NCBI RefSeq assembly: GCF_001194135.2
Contig: NC_068987.1
Location: forward strand, 82,328,829 to 82,366,488
Length of the DNA: 37,660 nucleotides
Origin: Octopus bimaculoides
Taxonomy: Eukaryota
Reading direction: 5' to 3'
This document shows, piece after piece, positions 35,171-37,660 of the stretch (position 1 is its first letter; every line of letters starts with the position of its first letter). The notes beneath the pieces are model-generated. The model ran no database searches and was not told where the DNA came from. It saw only the letters and a list, made by a program, of their open reading frames with translations. A program made the position numbers and the translations under genes.

Positions 35171-35495
35171 CAAAACAAAAAATGGTACGATAACGTAACA
35201 GACGACAACAAAACATTCGGACTGTTAGATGATACAAAAAAGGACAGAAAAAAAACAAGGATGGGTCATTCGGAGCTTTCAATCTACAGTCGAGTACCAG
35301 ATCGTCTTTGCAGTTTCGGCAGGTTACTCTCGAAACTGTTCTAATCTGGCCGCCTCACAGAAAATCTAAGCTAAGAGCACTAGATTCTTTGGGAAAAAGC
35401 AAACGAATGTATACGAAAACAAGGACGAAAAAATAAAAACGGAGAAATAGTACACAATTACAAATACAAACAACAGGACATTAACAACAGGTGTC
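35170..35495 (-). repeat. Dispersed repeat homologous to 11320-11630, in a (TA)n-flanked block
   Basis: See the 11320 entry; this copy retains CpGs. Confidence 0.8.
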
Positions 35496-36111
35496 TTTCG
35501 ACTAAGGACAAATCAAATTAAACTGGCGTGTGTGGAAGTGAAGCCTTACGGCAGGGACATAAGAGATGAAAGTCATGGGAAGGAATATAAGAGATGCTAC
35601 ACGGGTGGTAGTCGAACCAAGAAAGAAAGGTCAGATATATATATACATATATACAAATATTCTATGATTATAAGCATAATTATAATTAGGGTTCAGCAAA
35701 TTGCTTCACCACATAGCGAACTTTAGAAATAGCAGTTAAATACTATTCTTTTACCATAAGATATCTCCCAGACAGCAATACTCTCAATTCACGTAGGTAA
35801 AGAGAAAAAATAACGAATCCACCCGGCTTTGATCAACTACATACGCGTTTCTGGATTAAAGAGATGTAAAATTTTATTTTTAGTCACTTATTTCCGTCTT
35901 CAGTGTAGTATTTCAACTGTAAATTTGAGAGTACTAATAATTAAATACGCATTCGACCAAGCGACATCGAATAGCTAATATCCAAAAACCAGCACTTCCG
36001 AATTTATACAGACGAGTGAGAACTTGCATTCTTCCCCAATCACCCACATACTTTACGAGTAATCCCGCAGAAACTGCAGTTTACTATCAGGGAGTGAATT
36101 ATATTTTCAAT

Positions 36112-36276
36112 AATAATAAAGGGTAAAATTAATTAATTTATAATTAATAATTTTACCAAGTATTTCGGTATGTTAAAATAACCTTTATCGGTAACCTTAA
36201 GGTTATTTTAACATAACGAAATACTTGGTAAAATTAATAATTATTGATTAATTAATTAATTTTACCCTTTATTATT
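36112..36276. repeat. ~75-bp-arm AT-rich inverted repeat
   Basis: 36112-36185 vs 36199-36276, a few mismatches and one indel. Confidence 0.88.
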
Positions 36277-36630
36277 GAATATATATATATTCCTCTTTTC
36301 TTTCGTTTCCTGAGCGTCCAATAACACTCTACTTATTCCACGTCCTCGCGTTGTTGTTTTTTCGTGTTTTTTCATGCTTGTTCATGTTTGAATCGACTAT
36401 ATATATATGTATATATATATATATCACATCTTATCGTATTTTGTTATTAAATATTATTAGGAATTGTAAAAAAAATATATCAAAACATTTTGTTATTGTA
36501 GAAGTATAGGCAATTTATGGTACATAAATTATGACAACAAAACCTTCTATGGGCCGCCTCAAAAGCTATAAGAACCCCGGTTGAGAATTCAAGCACTCCG
36601 ACGACAGGATTCCACCTCATGTTCAGTTCT

Positions 36631-36810
36631 TGCTGCCGTGTAGTGGTTTGAGTGTCTCAGTGGCCCTGAGAACTATACGAGCAAAGCACAAGCTCCTGAC
36701 AGGGCCTCCCACGCTGGGAAGTTCAAAAGATAGGGGTCAGTCTAATATGCACCACTTCTTCCCAGAGATGAAACTGGGTTTGTGTAGGACCAACACCACT
36801 ACTTAGAAAG
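36631..36810 (+). mobile_element. Probable 5' UTR fragment of an RTE-clade LINE
   Basis: GTGGTTTGAGTGTCTCAGTGGCCCTGAGAACTAT..GCTCCTGACAGGGCCTCCCACGC..GGGGTCAGTCTAA follows the block order I recall for Rex3/Expander-type 5' ends; no convincing downstream ORF. Confidence 0.45.
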
Positions 36811-37660
36811 AAAAAGAAAAACGAAGAAAGCAAAGTTACAGCAAGGTCGATGACATTTCAAATCCAACAAGATTTAAGAGGTCTTCTCTTATACAAACAA
36901 GAAAAATAGGGGATCCAACTTGAGAGATAATAAAAAGACAGCGCAGTGTCAAGAACAGTGCAGAAAAATTGTTGACGACAGCACAGGGGAACAATTTCAA
37001 CGTAATCTCTGCTGAATTTGTTTTTACAATTGATTTAGGCTAAAATTGATATACCGATTTCAAATCTACAGTCAGTTTTCCTCTTTCGCGTCAAGTGATT
37101 TTTTTCCCTACTGCTTACTCTCTGAATAAGCACAATTGCATTGTTTGTCCGTAAGTAATAGAGCTGGTCAGTTGCTTTTATTATTTTATTGATAATTATC
37201 AACAATTATAACTATAATTATATCAATAATTATAACTATTGACAATTATCAATAATTATAGAAGCATCGACGACAGTTGAAAATTAGTGAGTCCTAAACA
37301 ATGGCGGCTCGAGTATAGGAACTGCGGAACTGCAGCATCCCCTATTTCCACTCGATATTATCAATAACATTCAATATAATGAGTCCTTTTTTTCTTTAAT
37401 TCTCTCTTTATATTTGTACATTGTATAATCCTTAAGCTTAATGTCAGTAGCCATCCCCTAGTTTATGAAAAAAATACAAAAATCCTTGTATAGAACCATG
37501 CGCTTCACAGTTCCAGCGACGCGGTGTTTGGCTGTTGTGCACATGCTCACATGTCCGAGATAGAAAGCTTCATATAAGGGAGCGAGAGCACTACGTGAAC
37601 GACAGTGCCGAGTGAAAGGTAGTGCTTCTTTTTGACTCCGCGTGTGTTGTGCTTAAAAAC

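Noticed and set aside
2513-35282. Long ORFs of the supplied track (poly-X, SIYL, MYVC, HTYI, poly-I/H/M)
   Set aside because: Translations of N-gaps and microsatellites.
35255-35300. CTG(A/T)AGA..GAAT motif in the 11320/35170 repeat
   Set aside because: Lacks A15.1 and a stem I; not a valid hammerhead.

Overview
AT-rich, repeat-saturated eukaryotic DNA from a short-read scaffold with nine N-gaps (about 4 kb in total). The SINE families and microsatellite load point to a cephalopod, probably an octopus (inference). I could not identify any host protein-coding gene, rRNA, intact tRNA or CRISPR array. Almost all ORFs in the supplied track are microsatellite or N-gap artefacts. Supportable content: at least four SINE families, two R4/Dong-like RLE LINE 3' ends in (TAA)n tracts, an RTE LINE C-terminus with C2H2 fingers, an RTE-like 5' UTR, dead Tc1/mariner transposase fragments, hAT-, pogo- and piggyBac-like MITEs, a Helitron 3' end and many fold-back hairpins. 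The most interesting signal is four type I hammerhead-ribozyme folds of unrelated sequence (13444+, 16735+, 22002-, 29951-). Two have an intact catalytic core and two sit directly against long inverted repeats, the architecture of Penelope-like elements. Repeat copies left of about 23 kb show strong CpG decay while equally old-looking copies to the right keep their CpGs, suggesting a germline methylation boundary.
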